Source: Candidatus Hydrothermarchaeota archaeon (GTDB lineage: Archaea; Hydrothermarchaeota; Hydrothermarchaeia; Hydrothermarchaeales; BMS3B). From it: a stretch of 64,000 nucleotides of DNA. The stretch is taken from the NCBI GenBank assembly GCA_015521615.1, contig WANW01000059.1, positions 802 through 64,801 on the forward strand. The letters are read 5' to 3'. Shown here piece by piece: positions 21,302 to 32,057 of the stretch. The position numbers were made by a program, and so were the translations under genes. Position 1 is the first letter of the stretch, and each line of letters begins with the position of its first letter. The notes under the pieces are model-generated. The model was not told the origin of the DNA and searched no databases. It saw only the letters and a list, made by a program, of their open reading frames with translations.

Positions 21302-21811
21302 CTACGCCTCCACCTCAACGTTGAAGGTTTCCTTAATAAAGTTGATCGCCTCTTCCCTAGTAACGAGGTGTTTTTTGCCAACCTTGCTCTTCTTTAGCTT
21401 GCGGTGCTTCACCCTGTAGCCCGGACGCTCTATGGCAACACACACGTCCATACCGTAGATACCCACCATGGGGTCATACTTTACGCCGGGCAGGTCTATG
21501 TGCTCCCGTATGCCGAAGGCGAAGTTGCCCTGCTCGTCAAAGCTGCTCGCCTTAATACGGTTATCCACAGCAGCAAAGGCATCACGCAGGAACTTCATCG
21601 CTTTTTCACCGCGAAGAGTTACCTTGCATCCTATGGCCAGGCCTTTCCTTATACCGAAGGGCTGAATGGTACGCTTTGCTATGGTCTGCACTGGCTTTTG
21701 TCCGGTAAGCTCCTCCAGGAGCTTCTCACCTTTAGCCAGACGTTCTCCTGCTTCGCCAATGCCCATATTCACAGTAACCTTGGCTATGCGAAGCCTGCGC
21801 ATGGGGTTCAA
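21302..21811 (-). CDS. rpl5: 50S ribosomal protein uL5
   Basis: [27 protein letters not shown]. Confidence 0.95.
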   Translation of the reverse strand: MNPMRRLRIAKVTVNMGIGEAGERLAKGEKLLEELTGQKPVQTIAKRTIQPFGIRKGLAIGCKVTLRGEKAMKFLRDAFAAVDNRIKASSFDEQGNFAFGIREHIDLPGVKYDPMVGIYGMDVCVAIERPGYRVKHRKLKKSKVGKKHLVTREEAINFIKETFNVEVEA

Positions 21812-22542
21812 TTCAGCACCTCCGGAAGAACTGACTCTTCCTCACCTATTACAAACACGTAGTCCTCGATGGTCTCAAACTCTTCACCATCCCTCGTAAG
21901 AACCACAACGTTTGGTTGCGGCGAGCGCACCTTCTTTATCTCCTTAATCTTGGCAACCTCGCCCATGTGGCTTCCGCCGATGATATAGGCCAGGTTTCCT
22001 TCCTTGTAGCGAAGGTGCTTTACTATGCTCCCGCTATTCAGGTCAAGAAGCACCGTATCCTTGGTGGAGTACACATCCTCCTCCGGCTTCGTGGGATCCT
22101 TTACGCGGATGAGGATATTCCTGCCGTCATGGAGGTTGAGCTGGATATGCCCGCCTTTAACGACAGTCTTGTTGTTTATCCTGCACAGCTTTACACCTGC
22201 ACGCTCCTCGGGCAGGTCTTTTAGCACAAGCCTGCCCTTTGTATCAAACAGCACAACCTTGTATACCCCCGCCTCTGGAATGTGGATTATGTCCATCAAA
22301 CCCACAGGGAATTTATGGTCCTTGCGCGGCCTTCCATCGACGAAAATCTTACCAGCCTTGATTATCTTCTTTGCCTCACGCGAGTTCCTGGCATAGCCAA
22401 GCATGTCCCTTACCACTAAAAGAAGCGCCATACTGCGCTCCTGTGGATGTGGACCTGGGCGGGGCTTCACTATGAATTTACTCTCCCTTCTCGGGATCTT
22501 CACCGCCTTTGGTGCTGTTAAACGCTTTGCATGCTTGCTCAT
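21808..22542 (-). CDS. rps4e: 30S ribosomal protein S4e
   Basis: H.KRL.AP, PGPH, PVGLMD, QLNLHDGRN. Confidence 0.95.
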   Translation of the reverse strand: MSKHAKRLTAPKAVKIPRRESKFIVKPRPGPHPQERSMALLLVVRDMLGYARNSREAKKIIKAGKIFVDGRPRKDHKFPVGLMDIIHIPEAGVYKVVLFDTKGRLVLKDLPEERAGVKLCRINNKTVVKGGHIQLNLHDGRNILIRVKDPTKPEEDVYSTKDTVLLDLNSGSIVKHLRYKEGNLAYIIGGSHMGEVAKIKEIKKVRSPQPNVVVLTRDGEEFETIEDYVFVIGEEESVLPEVLN

Positions 22543-22547
22543 GAGCA

Positions 22548-22898
22548 CTACCTCTCAAGAATTTCCTTTCTTTCCTCGTCTTTAAGCTCCAGTTTTACTA
22601 TTTCCACATTAGAAGGATGAACAGGATAGAGGCGCTCGCTGCCATCGCTGCGCTGCACCGTCACGCCGGTCACAAAGATGCGCATCCTCTTCAGATCCAC
22701 TCTCTCAACCACACCCTCATGCCCTCGGAAGTCGCCACGCAGCAGACGAACAGTGTCGCCCTTGCGCACGGGCAGGCTTCGCTTCCCATACTCTTCACGA
22801 AGCTCCTCGCTCAGGTGTGCACTCACCAGCTTCTGTCTGCGATGCAGTGGCGCGCGAAACAGCGCCTTCCTCTGTTTTCTCGGTTGCTTGCTCGGCAT
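22548..22898 (-). CDS. rpl24: 50S ribosomal protein uL24
   Basis: [22 protein letters not shown]. Confidence 0.95.
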   Translation of the reverse strand: MPSKQPRKQRKALFRAPLHRRQKLVSAHLSEELREEYGKRSLPVRKGDTVRLLRGDFRGHEGVVERVDLKRMRIFVTGVTVQRSDGSERLYPVHPSNVEIVKLELKDEERKEILER

Positions 22899-22907
22899 GA
22901 TAATCAC

Positions 22908-23306
22908 CTAGACTATTATGCTGGCAACACTCGCTATCTTCGACCAGCGCTCCGCCGCCTCCTTTGCGACGGGGCCTTTAATTTCACTGCCCTTGGGGTC
23001 GCCCTTCTCGTTTGTTATCACCGCTGCGTTATCTTCAAACTTGACCCTCGTGCCGTCACGGCGGCGGTATTCCTTGCGCTGGCGTACTATTACAGCGCGC
23101 ACAACCTGCTTGCGCATCTCGGGTGTGCCCTTCTTAACCGAAGCTACCACCATGTCGCCCACACCGGCGCTGGGGTAGCGCCTTCTCGTACCCTTGAATC
23201 CGATAACCTGGATTATCTCTATCTCCTTTGCGCCCGTGTTGTCCACCACATCGAGGCGAGCACCGCTTGGAAGTGCCCTTGTAACGTTAGCCTTGATGCC
23301 CTGCAT
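22908..23306 (-). CDS. rpl14: 50S ribosomal protein uL14
   Basis: DNTGAK, AGVGD, FEDNAAV. Confidence 0.97.
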   Translation of the reverse strand: MQGIKANVTRALPSGARLDVVDNTGAKEIEIIQVIGFKGTRRRYPSAGVGDMVVASVKKGTPEMRKQVVRAVIVRQRKEYRRRDGTRVKFEDNAAVITNEKGDPKGSEIKGPVAKEAAERWSKIASVASIIV

Positions 23307-23307
23307 C

Positions 23308-23631
23308 TCACTCTGCCTCCTTTTCAATCACCACAAAACTCTTCGCCTTGCTTATCGGCCTGCATTCCATAATCTTTACCCTGTCACCCACCTTTGCGGA
23401 GATGCAGGGTGGATTGTGCGCAAGGATTCTGCTCCTTCGCTTCTCGTATCTTTCGTATTTCTTAATGTAACGAAGGTAATCTTTTTGGACTACAACACTG
23501 TTGTGCATGCCGTTGCTAACCACTTTACCTTCTATAATCTGCCCTCTAACCTTCAGGTGCCCGTGGAAGGGGCAGTTTTTGTCATCACAGCTTTTTTCCG
23601 GGGGCTTTACATCAACGCCTATATCGCGCAT
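23308..23631 (-). CDS. rps17: 30S ribosomal protein uS17
   Basis: [24 protein letters not shown]. Confidence 0.97.
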   Translation of the reverse strand: MRDIGVDVKPPEKSCDDKNCPFHGHLKVRGQIIEGKVVSNGMHNSVVVQKDYLRYIKKYERYEKRRSRILAHNPPCISAKVGDRVKIMECRPISKAKSFVVIEKEAE

Positions 23632-23637
23632 ACTTTT

Positions 23638-23901
23638 TCACCTTTTTATCCTGTCTTCTGGTCTTGCTATGAGGGCTTTACCCTCAACCTCAAGCACGCG
23701 ATTGCCCACACGAAAGCGAAATGTGGCTATGGCTTTAGCCACTTTTTTGCGCTTACCCTCAACCTCGAGGGTGAGCATATTCCTGGTCTCATCCACCACC
23801 ACGCCGCGAAGCCCTACCAGCGTAGGGTCGGTGGCGGCCACGATTTCGCATTCGAGGCCAATCAGCTCGTGCTTTGTTATATATTTTGCCCGGAGATTCA
23901 T
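23638..23901 (-). CDS. rnp1: RNase P protein component 1 (Rpp29/Pop4)
   Basis: HELIGL, G.VVDETRN, RPEDRIK. Confidence 0.92.
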   Translation of the reverse strand: MNLRAKYITKHELIGLECEIVAATDPTLVGLRGVVVDETRNMLTLEVEGKRKKVAKAIATFRFRVGNRVLEVEGKALIARPEDRIKR

Positions 23902-23914
23902 AACGGCTCAGTAA

Positions 23915-24115
23915 CTATGAAGATTTTTCATTGATTATTGTCATTATTCTGGCAATTGTTCTGCGAAGCTCACGCACCCTGCCCGGATTCTCGGGTACGC
24001 CCACCGCAGTTGCCTTTGAACGCTCCCTGAGGAGTTCCATTCTAAGCTCTTCCAGCTTATCCTTCAGCTCTTCCACGCTCATATCCCTAATCTCACTTGT
24101 CCTGAGTATCGCCAT
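23915..24115 (-). CDS. rpl29: 50S ribosomal protein uL29
   Basis: [22 protein letters not shown]. Confidence 0.95.
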   Translation of the reverse strand: MAILRTSEIRDMSVEELKDKLEELRMELLRERSKATAVGVPENPGRVRELRRTIARIMTIINEKSS

Positions 24116-24117
24116 AA

Positions 24118-24933
24118 CTATGCCTCCTTGCTCTCACTGCTTTTCTCAGGCTGTTTCTCCTCTGACGTCTCCGATGAAGTCTCCTCTGCAGCTTCTTTCT
24201 TCTCAGCCTCCGCATCCTCTTTGCCTGCCTCCTCCTTGCTCTCCTCCTCTGCGATCTCCTCCTGGAGCTGCTCCACCACCTGGGCTATCTCCTCCTTTTC
24301 TTCCTCCTCTTCACCCTTGGAAGGTACTTCTACTTTAGGCTCCTCCTTGAATATGATGTCGTCAGGCAGGCGTGTGCCAGGAGGCATTATCTTTACCTTT
24401 ACGCCTATAACTCCCGGCTTGGGTGCAGCAACAGCATAACCCTCCTTCACATACAGCATCGCCGGCTCGCCGCAGTGTTTCAGATAGCCATCGACGAACT
24501 TCACAGTCTTCGCTCGCTCACCTGTAAGCTTGCCGGAGATAGTTATCTCTGCACCTCTGGCACCGGCTTCCATTATTCTGCGCAGCGCTGTATAGGCTGC
24601 CCTGCGGAAGTGTATTCCTCGCTCAAGAGCATTGGCTATGCTCCTCGCCATAACATTTGGATTAAGCTCAGGCACCTCAAGCTCATTTACCTCAACCTGG
24701 GGGTTGTCCAGCCCAAAGCGGGTTTTGAGGATGGTGGTAAGCTTACGTATCGCCTGCCCCTTGCGACCTATCACAAGGCCAGGACGCTGCACATGCACAA
24801 TAACACGTGTACCAAGAGGTGTGCGCTGGATGTCTATCTCACCACAGCCAGCGCGCTCCAGCTCACGCTGCAGGAATTCCTTCACCTCAAACTTGCGGAT
24901 ATTGTCCTCGATGAACTTCCTCTCCAGCGCCAT
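24118..24933 (-). CDS. rps3: 30S ribosomal protein uS3 with acidic C-terminal tail
   Basis: [23 protein letters not shown]. Confidence 0.97.
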   Translation of the reverse strand: MALERKFIEDNIRKFEVKEFLQRELERAGCGEIDIQRTPLGTRVIVHVQRPGLVIGRKGQAIRKLTTILKTRFGLDNPQVEVNELEVPELNPNVMARSIANALERGIHFRRAAYTALRRIMEAGARGAEITISGKLTGERAKTVKFVDGYLKHCGEPAMLYVKEGYAVAAPKPGVIGVKVKIMPPGTRLPDDIIFKEEPKVEVPSKGEEEEEKEEIAQVVEQLQEEIAEEESKEEAGKEDAEAEKKEAAEETSSETSEEKQPEKSSESKEA

Positions 24934-24937
24934 GAAA

Positions 24938-25399
24938 TCACCTTTCCTCGAGAATCACTTCCATATGTGTGGTTGGAGTGTTGTGAGGCGTAGCCCTGCC
25001 ATAGGCGCGGGGAAGCCAGCCTCTAATTACAGGACCACGCTGTGCCGCAATATGTTTTATAAACAGCCTCTCAGGGTCCAGGCCCTTGTACTCGGCATTC
25101 GCCTGGGCACTCTCCAGGAGCTTGAGCACCTGTCTAGCCGCCTTCTGGGGATATCTACCAGCGTAGGCCTTGACCAGGCCCCTGCGGTGGGCAACACCCT
25201 TCTTGAACCTGCGCAGGGGCAGAGGGCGGCGCATGGCTATTATATCCTCAAGATAGCGCTTGGCCTTCTCAAGCTTCATACCGCGGAGTTCTCGCGCTAT
25301 CTCTATGCTCCACTTGGGCGATATTCGCATAGCCCTGCCCATAGCCCTGGCGATTTTTTCTTCGTTTTCAACCCTGAATGAGTAGCCCAGCTTCGCCAC
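24938..25399 (-). CDS. rpl22: 50S ribosomal protein uL22
   Basis: ISPK, GRYP.KAA, PRAYGRA. Confidence 0.95.
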   Translation of the reverse strand: MAKLGYSFRVENEEKIARAMGRAMRISPKWSIEIARELRGMKLEKAKRYLEDIIAMRRPLPLRRFKKGVAHRRGLVKAYAGRYPQKAARQVLKLLESAQANAEYKGLDPERLFIKHIAAQRGPVIRGWLPRAYGRATPHNTPTTHMEVILEER

Positions 25400-25408
25400 G
25401 GAAATCAC

Positions 25409-25804
25409 CTACTTAAGCGGCACATACATTGAGCTTCGTGTCGCTCCCATACCGGGTGAGCCGTGCTGCACCCTCTTGCGGGTAAGGGAGAACTCACCAA
25501 GGTAATGGCCTATCATCTCGGGCTTTACTTCCACGCGCGTCCAGTCCTTGCCATTGTGCACCTCGAAAGTCAGGCCAACCATGTTGGGCAGGATTATCAT
25601 GTCCCTCGCATGGGTGCGAAGCTTAACCTTCTCACCATTGAGGGCCTTCTTCACCTTCTCCATCAGCTTCTTCTGCAGAGGAGTTAGTCCGCGCTTCAAC
25701 GAGCGCCTCTGCCGCGCGGGAAGAAGCTCTATAAGCTCGTCTATGCTCATCTTCTGAAGCTCTTCAAGGGTGTAACCGCGATATCTAAACTCCTTCCTTG
25801 CCAT
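25409..25804 (-). CDS. rps19: 30S ribosomal protein uS19
   Basis: [25 protein letters not shown]. Confidence 0.97.
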   Translation of the reverse strand: MARKEFRYRGYTLEELQKMSIDELIELLPARQRRSLKRGLTPLQKKLMEKVKKALNGEKVKLRTHARDMIILPNMVGLTFEVHNGKDWTRVEVKPEMIGHYLGEFSLTRKRVQHGSPGMGATRSSMYVPLK

Positions 25805-25806
25805 AT

Positions 25807-26526
25807 CTATCGCCTCCCGGTCCTGCGGGCTGAGATAAGGCCAACCTTCTTGCCTGGAGGCATTCTGCGCGAGATGGTGGTGGGCTTACCGGGTGAATGT
25901 GAGCCACCGCCGAAGGGATGATCCACAGGATTCATGGCTACCTTCCTAACAACTGGCCAGTACTTGGCCTTGGAGCGCAGCATGTGGAAACGCTTACCTG
26001 CCTTCATAATTGGCTTATCCCTTCTACCGCCTCCAGCAACCACACCAATTGTAGCCCTGCACCTGGAATCCAGGGTCTTAAGACTTCCGCTGGGGAGCTG
26101 GATTATGGTTTTTGCTCCCTCATGGGAGACCACAAGCCCATAGGCACCTGCACTGCGAATAAGCTTGCCTCCATCGCCCGGGTGGTTCTCAATGTTGCAG
26201 ACCGGCGTACCTTCAGGGATATTTCCCAGGGGGAGAACATTACCCGGAGAGATAGCAGCATGAGCACCAGCTTCAATGGTGTCGCCAACCTTAATCCCCT
26301 CCTGAGCAAGAAGATACATCTTTTCTCCCCCCTCAAACACAACCCTTAGAAGAGGCGCGGTGCGCGCGGGGTCGTGTAGTATATCTATTACCTTTCCCAC
26401 AACTTTTCCATTTTTCTCCTTCTCGTCGTACTTGCGATACTTGAGCTCGCAGCGATAGCGATGAGAGGGTGCCCTGAAGGTTATGCTTCCCTTACCACGG
26501 CGCTGTGAAATTATCCGCTTGCCCAT
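25807..26526 (-). CDS. rpl2: 50S ribosomal protein uL2
   Basis: [28 protein letters not shown]. Confidence 0.97.
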   Translation of the reverse strand: MGKRIISQRRGKGSITFRAPSHRYRCELKYRKYDEKEKNGKVVGKVIDILHDPARTAPLLRVVFEGGEKMYLLAQEGIKVGDTIEAGAHAAISPGNVLPLGNIPEGTPVCNIENHPGDGGKLIRSAGAYGLVVSHEGAKTIIQLPSGSLKTLDSRCRATIGVVAGGGRRDKPIMKAGKRFHMLRSKAKYWPVVRKVAMNPVDHPFGGGSHSPGKPTTISRRMPPGKKVGLISARRTGRR

Positions 26527-26535
26527 TTCAATCAC

Positions 26536-26796
26536 CTAGAATATACCTATTCTCGTCGCCACCTCGTCGGCGCGATACTCGGGTGCCAGCCTGACGTATG
26601 CCTTCTTCACACCCTTTGGATTTATTGAAGTGTTAACTTCTTCCACCTTTACTTCATACAGCTTCTCCACGGCTTCCTTCACCTGCTTCTTGTTGGCCTC
26701 TCTTCTAACAATGAACACAAGCTTATTCTCATTCTCAAGCATCTTCATCGACTTCTCCGTAACATCCGGGGAAATAATTATTTCGTGGGGGTTCAT
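26536..26796 (-). CDS. rpl23: 50S ribosomal protein uL23
   Basis: P.VTEK, NKLVFIV, KKAYVRL. Confidence 0.95.
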   Translation of the reverse strand: MNPHEIIISPDVTEKSMKMLENENKLVFIVRREANKKQVKEAVEKLYEVKVEEVNTSINPKGVKKAYVRLAPEYRADEVATRIGIF

Positions 26797-27572
26797 GCTC
26801 CAAACCTCTCTTCAAGCACCTTTAAGGCATTTTCGGTATAAAGAGTAAGCCTTCCAGCGTGTGTGCCGGGAGCAAGGTCTTCTGTACTCAGATTGCGCGC
26901 AAGCACGACGTCCACGCCTGGCAGGTTACGCGCAGCTTTTACTACGCCCTTATCGTCACCAACCACGACAAGAACACTCTTTCTATTCTTGTATCTCCTT
27001 CCGCGGCGCTTGCCAACACCCGCACGAACTTTGCGCTTTGAAGCGCGCTCAACATCGTCGAGAAGCTTGAGGGAGGCAAACACCTCCTTTACATCCTTAA
27101 CCTTGGAGAGCTCTTCAAAGGCGTTCTCCACCACAACTGGAAGCTCTATATCCTCAGGCACCCGATGGCCTCTTGCAATAACAAGCTCCTTATTTGCGGT
27201 TGCTGCAATCGCAGAGGCTATGGCTTTGAGCCTCTCCTTGCGATTGATCTTTTCATATATTCTCTTCTCAACCTTGGGCGGATGCGCCCTTCGACCGCCT
27301 ACCGCCATGGGCACAAAAGCTGCTCTGCCAGCAGCAGGGTATCGAGAGCCCTTCATGCGGGGCACACGGGAGACACCATGCCCCGGACCCCAGGACTCGG
27401 CGGATGTGCGCTTACCTGCGTACCAGTCACTGCCATAAGGCTGCAGGCGATGAGACTGCTGGACTATTACAGCACGCTTTATAATATCGGGACGGTACTC
27501 TGTGGTAAACACTGCGGGAAGTTTTATCTTCCCCTTGACCTTACCATCGAGAGAATAAACAGTAGCTTCCAT
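26793..27572 (-). CDS. rpl4: 50S ribosomal protein uL4
   Basis: TSAESWG.G.G, GGRRAHPP, LAPG.HAGRL. Confidence 0.97.
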   Translation of the reverse strand: MEATVYSLDGKVKGKIKLPAVFTTEYRPDIIKRAVIVQQSHRLQPYGSDWYAGKRTSAESWGPGHGVSRVPRMKGSRYPAAGRAAFVPMAVGGRRAHPPKVEKRIYEKINRKERLKAIASAIAATANKELVIARGHRVPEDIELPVVVENAFEELSKVKDVKEVFASLKLLDDVERASKRKVRAGVGKRRGRRYKNRKSVLVVVGDDKGVVKAARNLPGVDVVLARNLSTEDLAPGTHAGRLTLYTENALKVLEERFGA

Positions 27573-27574
27573 CT

Positions 27575-28570
27575 TCACACACCCTGCTTGGACTCAAGAC
27601 TTATGTAGGTAAGCTGGGGCTTGCCCTCTGGTAGATGCTCTGGCGGGCGTATAGCCGGACGGAAACGTACAAGCCTCTTTCTCGGACCAGGTATAGAGCC
27701 CTCCAGGATTATATAATCACCGCGCACAATACCATAGCCCAGGAATCCACCTCTGGGTGTTACCTCCTCACCCTTATCACCAATCTTAAGAATGCGCTTA
27801 TTGAACTCGGTGCGGTGGTGGTAGCCCATCTGACCGCTCTGAGGCACAGTCCACATCATCGCTGAGGGGTGCCACGGCCCAAGCGTGCCCGCGGTACGCC
27901 TGCCCTTGCGCGTCTTGTGGTGCAGAATCTTCACACCCCATCTGCGCACCGGGCTCTGGAATCCCTTGCCCTTTGTAACCGCCATTACATCTACGAACTC
28001 ACCTTCCTCGAATACATCGCCTATCCTTATCTCGCTGCCCAGCTTCTCCTTTGCATACTCAAAAGCCTCGCTAAGATTGCCGGACACCAGGTATTCCATA
28101 ACCTCTGGCTTCTTCTTCCCGATGCCGGTAACTCTCGGCTGGGTATGAACAAGAAGGCGAACCTGCTCCGCTTTCTCCAGATAAGACTCCAGGTCTTCCA
28201 CACCCTTCTCCAGCTTCTTGGGCAGAGGAAGCCTCCTTGCAAGCTCGGGGGCGAGATCCTTCGCCCATGCCTCGCTCAGAGTGCGCAGCCCGAAGGTATT
28301 CCTCTCGTAGAGCCTCACCCCAAAAACTTTGAGCGGAGGAGCCTCAACTACAGTTACCGCCTTGGTTATCTCCTCTCCATGGGTAAGGCTGTGCGGGTAG
28401 TCGTCAATGAGCACAACATGAGTCATTCCCGCCTTGTAGCCCGCAAAACCCTGCATTCTCACCCTATCTTCAACTACCCAGTTCTTTATCTTGGGCACCG
28501 GCGAAGCTGCACGCTTGCGCGGGCTGAATCCAAGGCTTCCGCGATGCGGATGATGCGCTCTCTTTCCCAT
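27575..28570 (-). CDS. rpl3: 50S ribosomal protein uL3
   Basis: [35 protein letters not shown]. Confidence 0.97.
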   Translation of the reverse strand: MGKRAHHPHRGSLGFSPRKRAASPVPKIKNWVVEDRVRMQGFAGYKAGMTHVVLIDDYPHSLTHGEEITKAVTVVEAPPLKVFGVRLYERNTFGLRTLSEAWAKDLAPELARRLPLPKKLEKGVEDLESYLEKAEQVRLLVHTQPRVTGIGKKKPEVMEYLVSGNLSEAFEYAKEKLGSEIRIGDVFEEGEFVDVMAVTKGKGFQSPVRRWGVKILHHKTRKGRRTAGTLGPWHPSAMMWTVPQSGQMGYHHRTEFNKRILKIGDKGEEVTPRGGFLGYGIVRGDYIILEGSIPGPRKRLVRFRPAIRPPEHLPEGKPQLTYISLESKQGV

Positions 28571-28692
28571 TTCTTCACCTCATCACAATCTGGTGCCTTC
28601 TCTTCAAGAGTTGCACCCAGAACAAAACCCCCCGAGCTAGAAAGCTCAGAGGGGATGGCTTACTGAAAAGATGTATTACTGATATATATAGA
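28571..28692 (-). promoter_or_regulatory. Promoter and structured 5' leader of the L3 operon
   Basis: TATATATA box at about 28683-28690; hairpin 28628-28654 followed by TTTTGTT; second hairpin 28589-28621; GAGGTGA SD. Confidence 0.6.
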
Positions 28693-28758
28693 TTTCGTTT
28701 CACTCTGCTATTAAGACCTGTGATGTGGGTTTGGGAAAGCAGTAACGTGTGTAATGGT

Positions 28759-29388
28759 TTATATAAAAGCATACACTGCAGCGCTGCCTGCAAGAGGAAT
28801 GAGAAAGTTGTCGTCCACGCGCAAAGGGAGCGACTCCACCAGCATACCTGCCGCTGCTGCTGCAAAAGCGAGGGCCGCAGCCTGCGATACTCCAACGCTA
28901 CAGAAAATGGTGAGGTAAAGGAGAACACCTAAAAACGCATAACCTGCGCCTATAAGCGAGCCTTCCACACTTTTCTTGCTGTTATAAGGCAACCTTCGCC
29001 TGCCAAGCTTTTTCCCCGCAAGGGTAGACATCGAATCGCCCAGTGCGAGAACCAATATGCCAGAGCCCACGACAAAGAAGGGTGCACCAAGCAACGAGCC
29101 GAATACCACCATTGTGGCTAGGACTCCAGAGAAGAATCTGAAGGTGCCCTTGCCAGGGGAATGCTTTTTAACATCCTCTCGCTCGGCGATGTCCACCAGC
29201 GTGGCAAATACCGGCAGGCGAATCCCCCGCTTATAGAGCAGGGCAATGCAGTAGCCAATAAGCAGCATCCCCGCAACTAGTGCCTCGGGAGCAAGCCAGG
29301 AGGAGAAGCGCTCATAGAAGAACTGAAGGTAGAAAGGCGTAACTGCCCCGCTCATGTGGATAAGCTGTCTTCTGGTCTCTAAGTCCAT
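28759..29388 (-). CDS. Dolichol/phytol kinase-like (SEC59/CTP_transf_1) membrane protein
   Basis: E.RRQLIH, LALGDSMSTLAG, KKSVEGS, ESLP..DDN..IP. Confidence 0.85.
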   Translation of the reverse strand: MDLETRRQLIHMSGAVTPFYLQFFYERFSSWLAPEALVAGMLLIGYCIALLYKRGIRLPVFATLVDIAEREDVKKHSPGKGTFRFFSGVLATMVVFGSLLGAPFFVVGSGILVLALGDSMSTLAGKKLGRRRLPYNSKKSVEGSLIGAGYAFLGVLLYLTIFCSVGVSQAAALAFAAAAAGMLVESLPLRVDDNFLIPLAGSAAVYAFI

Positions 29389-30600
29389 TCAACCACCCGC
29401 CATGAGAAAGCTGGGCTTGAAAATACTGAAAAGAAGGATGAGCACCATCGCAGTGGATACATAAGCAGAGAGCCTTTCAGCATCGCTCGCGGCTAAGAAC
29501 TTCTCGAGAATAAGGCGGAATATGTGGTGCCCGTCCGTAGCAGCGATGCCAAGATGGAGCGGAGCAAGGTTAACAAAACCAATCGCCTGGTTGAGCAGGG
29601 CAATCCAGTAGAGCGAGTAGAATATAACCAGTGGGAGCACCAGGCCAAAATAATGTCTGAACTCATCCTTCACCGGAAAGAATGGTCTAACGCCTATGAA
29701 CCCGCGCTCAGGGTTATCTTCCCGCGAGGCTGTTACAAGGTCGAAACTGCCCCTGTCGGTGACTATTGAAATCCTCTCCCCCGGCCTTAGCTCCATCACC
29801 ACACGATAGAAGTCCTCTATGGTGTCAATCGCCTCATCCTGAATCTTTTTAATAACCATACCCTTCTCCAGAACCTGCGACGCCGGCGAACCCTCAACCA
29901 CGTCAATTATCTGCACTCCTCCACCCGAGGTTTCAAACACCGCAGAGATGTAGAAGGGTATTGCCAGGGTAACAAGAAATGCAACAAGGAGATTTGCCGC
30001 TGAGCCCGCGGAATAAACCCTGAGCTGGCTTAACCAGGAGCTGTTCTTCAGCTCATCCTCATCAGGCTCCACAAATGCGCCTACCGGGAGGACACCCACC
30101 AGAGCCACGCCCAGGCTTTTGATGGATATGCGCTCTGCTGTTGCAATAATGCCATGGGCAAGCTCATGCACCACAAGCACAGATATCAAGCCTATTATTC
30201 CATACCAGAAGGGGATGGTATAGCCCGGGACAAGAGGCTTGGGCTGCAGAAGGTCTATACGCTCAACAAACAGGAAGTAAAGCCCAAGAATGAGCATGCC
30301 CACCATGAAAAGCGTGCCAGCGATTCCAACCAGCGCTACAGGATAACCCACAGCTCGCCAGAACCTTACATGTCCCGCTATTTTGAATATCAGTCTCTTG
30401 CCCCGCTCTGTCTTGATTATGAGCAGAATCGCATGCCTGTCTATATTCAGCTTTCCCTTTTCTGCAACCTCAAGAATAACCAGCCATAGAAGTGCTGAAC
30501 CAATCAGAAAAACCTCGAGCTTGGAGGGCTCTTCCTCCACGAAGGTAATCCATAGGGCGGAGAGGGTAGCGATTATCACAAACCACTGCCAGTTACGCAT
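29389..30600 (-). CDS. Site-2 protease (M50) with PDZ domain
   Basis: HELAH, GAFVEPD, AGS.AN, NLAP..DG, PDZ insert. Confidence 0.9.
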   Translation of the reverse strand: MRNWQWFVIIATLSALWITFVEEEPSKLEVFLIGSALLWLVILEVAEKGKLNIDRHAILLIIKTERGKRLIFKIAGHVRFWRAVGYPVALVGIAGTLFMVGMLILGLYFLFVERIDLLQPKPLVPGYTIPFWYGIIGLISVLVVHELAHGIIATAERISIKSLGVALVGVLPVGAFVEPDEDELKNSSWLSQLRVYSAGSAANLLVAFLVTLAIPFYISAVFETSGGGVQIIDVVEGSPASQVLEKGMVIKKIQDEAIDTIEDFYRVVMELRPGERISIVTDRGSFDLVTASREDNPERGFIGVRPFFPVKDEFRHYFGLVLPLVIFYSLYWIALLNQAIGFVNLAPLHLGIAATDGHHIFRLILEKFLAASDAERLSAYVSTAMVLILLFSIFKPSFLMAGG

Positions 30601-30639
30601 TGCGACACCTTTTTATTTTCTCAGGTTTGAATACTATCC

Positions 30640-30960
30640 ATGTACGCTGTAATATATATTACGGCAAAAGATGCCATCCAGGCAAGGGAGATTGCCCGCA
30701 GGCTGGTAGAGGAGAGACTCGCCGCATGCGCAAATATTATAGAAAGGGTTAACTCCATATACTGGTGGCGCGGTAAAATTGAAGAAGAAGAGGAGGCTTT
30801 TATAATAGTTAAAACTTTAAAAGAAAAGGTTCCCGCGATAGTAAAGCGGGTGAAGGAGCTTCACACCTACGAAGTTCCGGAGATTATAGCCCTCGAAATA
30901 ACAGAAGGCAGCAAAGATTACCTCCACTGGCTTAGAGAGGAGACAGGAGGAGATACATAG
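30640..30960 (+). CDS. cutA: Divalent cation tolerance protein CutA
   Basis: LVEERLAAC.N, SIYWW.G, LHTYEVPEI. Confidence 0.92.
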   Translation: MYAVIYITAKDAIQAREIARRLVEERLAACANIIERVNSIYWWRGKIEEEEEAFIIVKTLKEKVPAIVKRVKELHTYEVPEIIALEITEGSKDYLHWLREETGGDT

Positions 30961-30976
30961 ATCTAGAGGTTTGAAC

Positions 30977-32053
30977 ATGAAAATTGAGGAACTGAAGGAT
31001 TTTATAGACTCTCTTGGCGATATGGTGATAATAATAAGTAAAGACAGGAAAATACTCGCGGCGAATGAGGCCCTTTTGAAGAGGTGTAAATTCAGACAGA
31101 ATGAGATAGTAGGCAGAAACTGCTACATGGTGAGCCACTGCCTCAAAATTCCGTGTCCTGAGGATGTTGTGTGCCCCCTCGATGAGGTAATTGCGACCGG
31201 GAAGGTAAAGAGGGTTGTGCACACCCACTACACCAGAAATGGGAAGAAGATGGTGGTTGAGATATCTGCATCCCCCCTTAAAAAAGATGGGGAAATAATT
31301 GGAATTATAGAGATAATCCGTGATATAACTGACAGCTACAGCTTTCAGGAGGGTCTTAAAGCCAGTCTTGAGAAGTTTAAGAAAACCATGGAGATTAAAG
31401 AGTTATTCAGCGACATCCTGACCCATGACCTCCTAAATGTGGCCAATATAATACTTCTCCAGAGCGAGATACTCCTTGAAAGAGAAACATGCGAGGACAC
31501 AAGGGAAGACCTGAAGAGGTTGAAGAAGAACGTGGAGAGACTGGTTAACATGATTGAGAGTGCGGCGAGATATGCAAGGCTTCACAGTATTGAAAGCCTT
31601 GACTTCAGGGAGATGGACCTCACAAAGCTTCTCAAGGGTGTGGTTTCTGCCTTTGAAGAGGCCGCAAAGGAGAAGAACATAAAAATAGAAGTTATGGTTC
31701 ATTCCCCAAGGTTAGCTATGGTTAATCCGAATATAGAGTCCGTGTTCTATAACCTGATTTCAAATGCAATTAAATTCAGCCCTCCGGGAAAGAGGGTGGT
31801 GGTGGACATAATAGATGAGAAGGATACATATCTGATTATGGTAAAGGATTATGGCCCAGGAGTGCCGGATAAGGATAAGGAAAGTATATTTGAGCGCTTC
31901 AAACGGATAGAGAAGGGTGCCGTGAAGGGCACCGGCCTGGGTCTGGCGATCGTGAAGCGGGTGGCAGAACTCCACCACGGCAGAGCCTGGGTGGAGGACA
32001 ACCCCGAGGGAGGGAGCATCTTCTACGTGAGAATACCAAAGAAGCAGAGGTGA
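30977..32053 (+). CDS. PAS-domain sensor histidine kinase
   Basis: PAS domain; THDLLN H-box, NLISNAIKF, D.GPGV, GTGLGLAIV. Confidence 0.92.
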   Translation: MKIEELKDFIDSLGDMVIIISKDRKILAANEALLKRCKFRQNEIVGRNCYMVSHCLKIPCPEDVVCPLDEVIATGKVKRVVHTHYTRNGKKMVVEISASPLKKDGEIIGIIEIIRDITDSYSFQEGLKASLEKFKKTMEIKELFSDILTHDLLNVANIILLQSEILLERETCEDTREDLKRLKKNVERLVNMIESAARYARLHSIESLDFREMDLTKLLKGVVSAFEEAAKEKNIKIEVMVHSPRLAMVNPNIESVFYNLISNAIKFSPPGKRVVVDIIDEKDTYLIMVKDYGPGVPDKDKESIFERFKRIEKGAVKGTGLGLAIVKRVAELHHGRAWVEDNPEGGSIFYVRIPKKQR

Positions 32054-32057
32054 AGCC

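Noticed and set aside
23901-23915. No SUI1/aIF1 gene between L29 and rnp1
   Set aside because: Its presence at this position varies among archaea; uninformative without the full genome
24118-24350. Low-complexity Glu-rich repeat-like sequence
   Set aside because: It is the acidic C-terminal tail of uS3, common in euryarchaeotes
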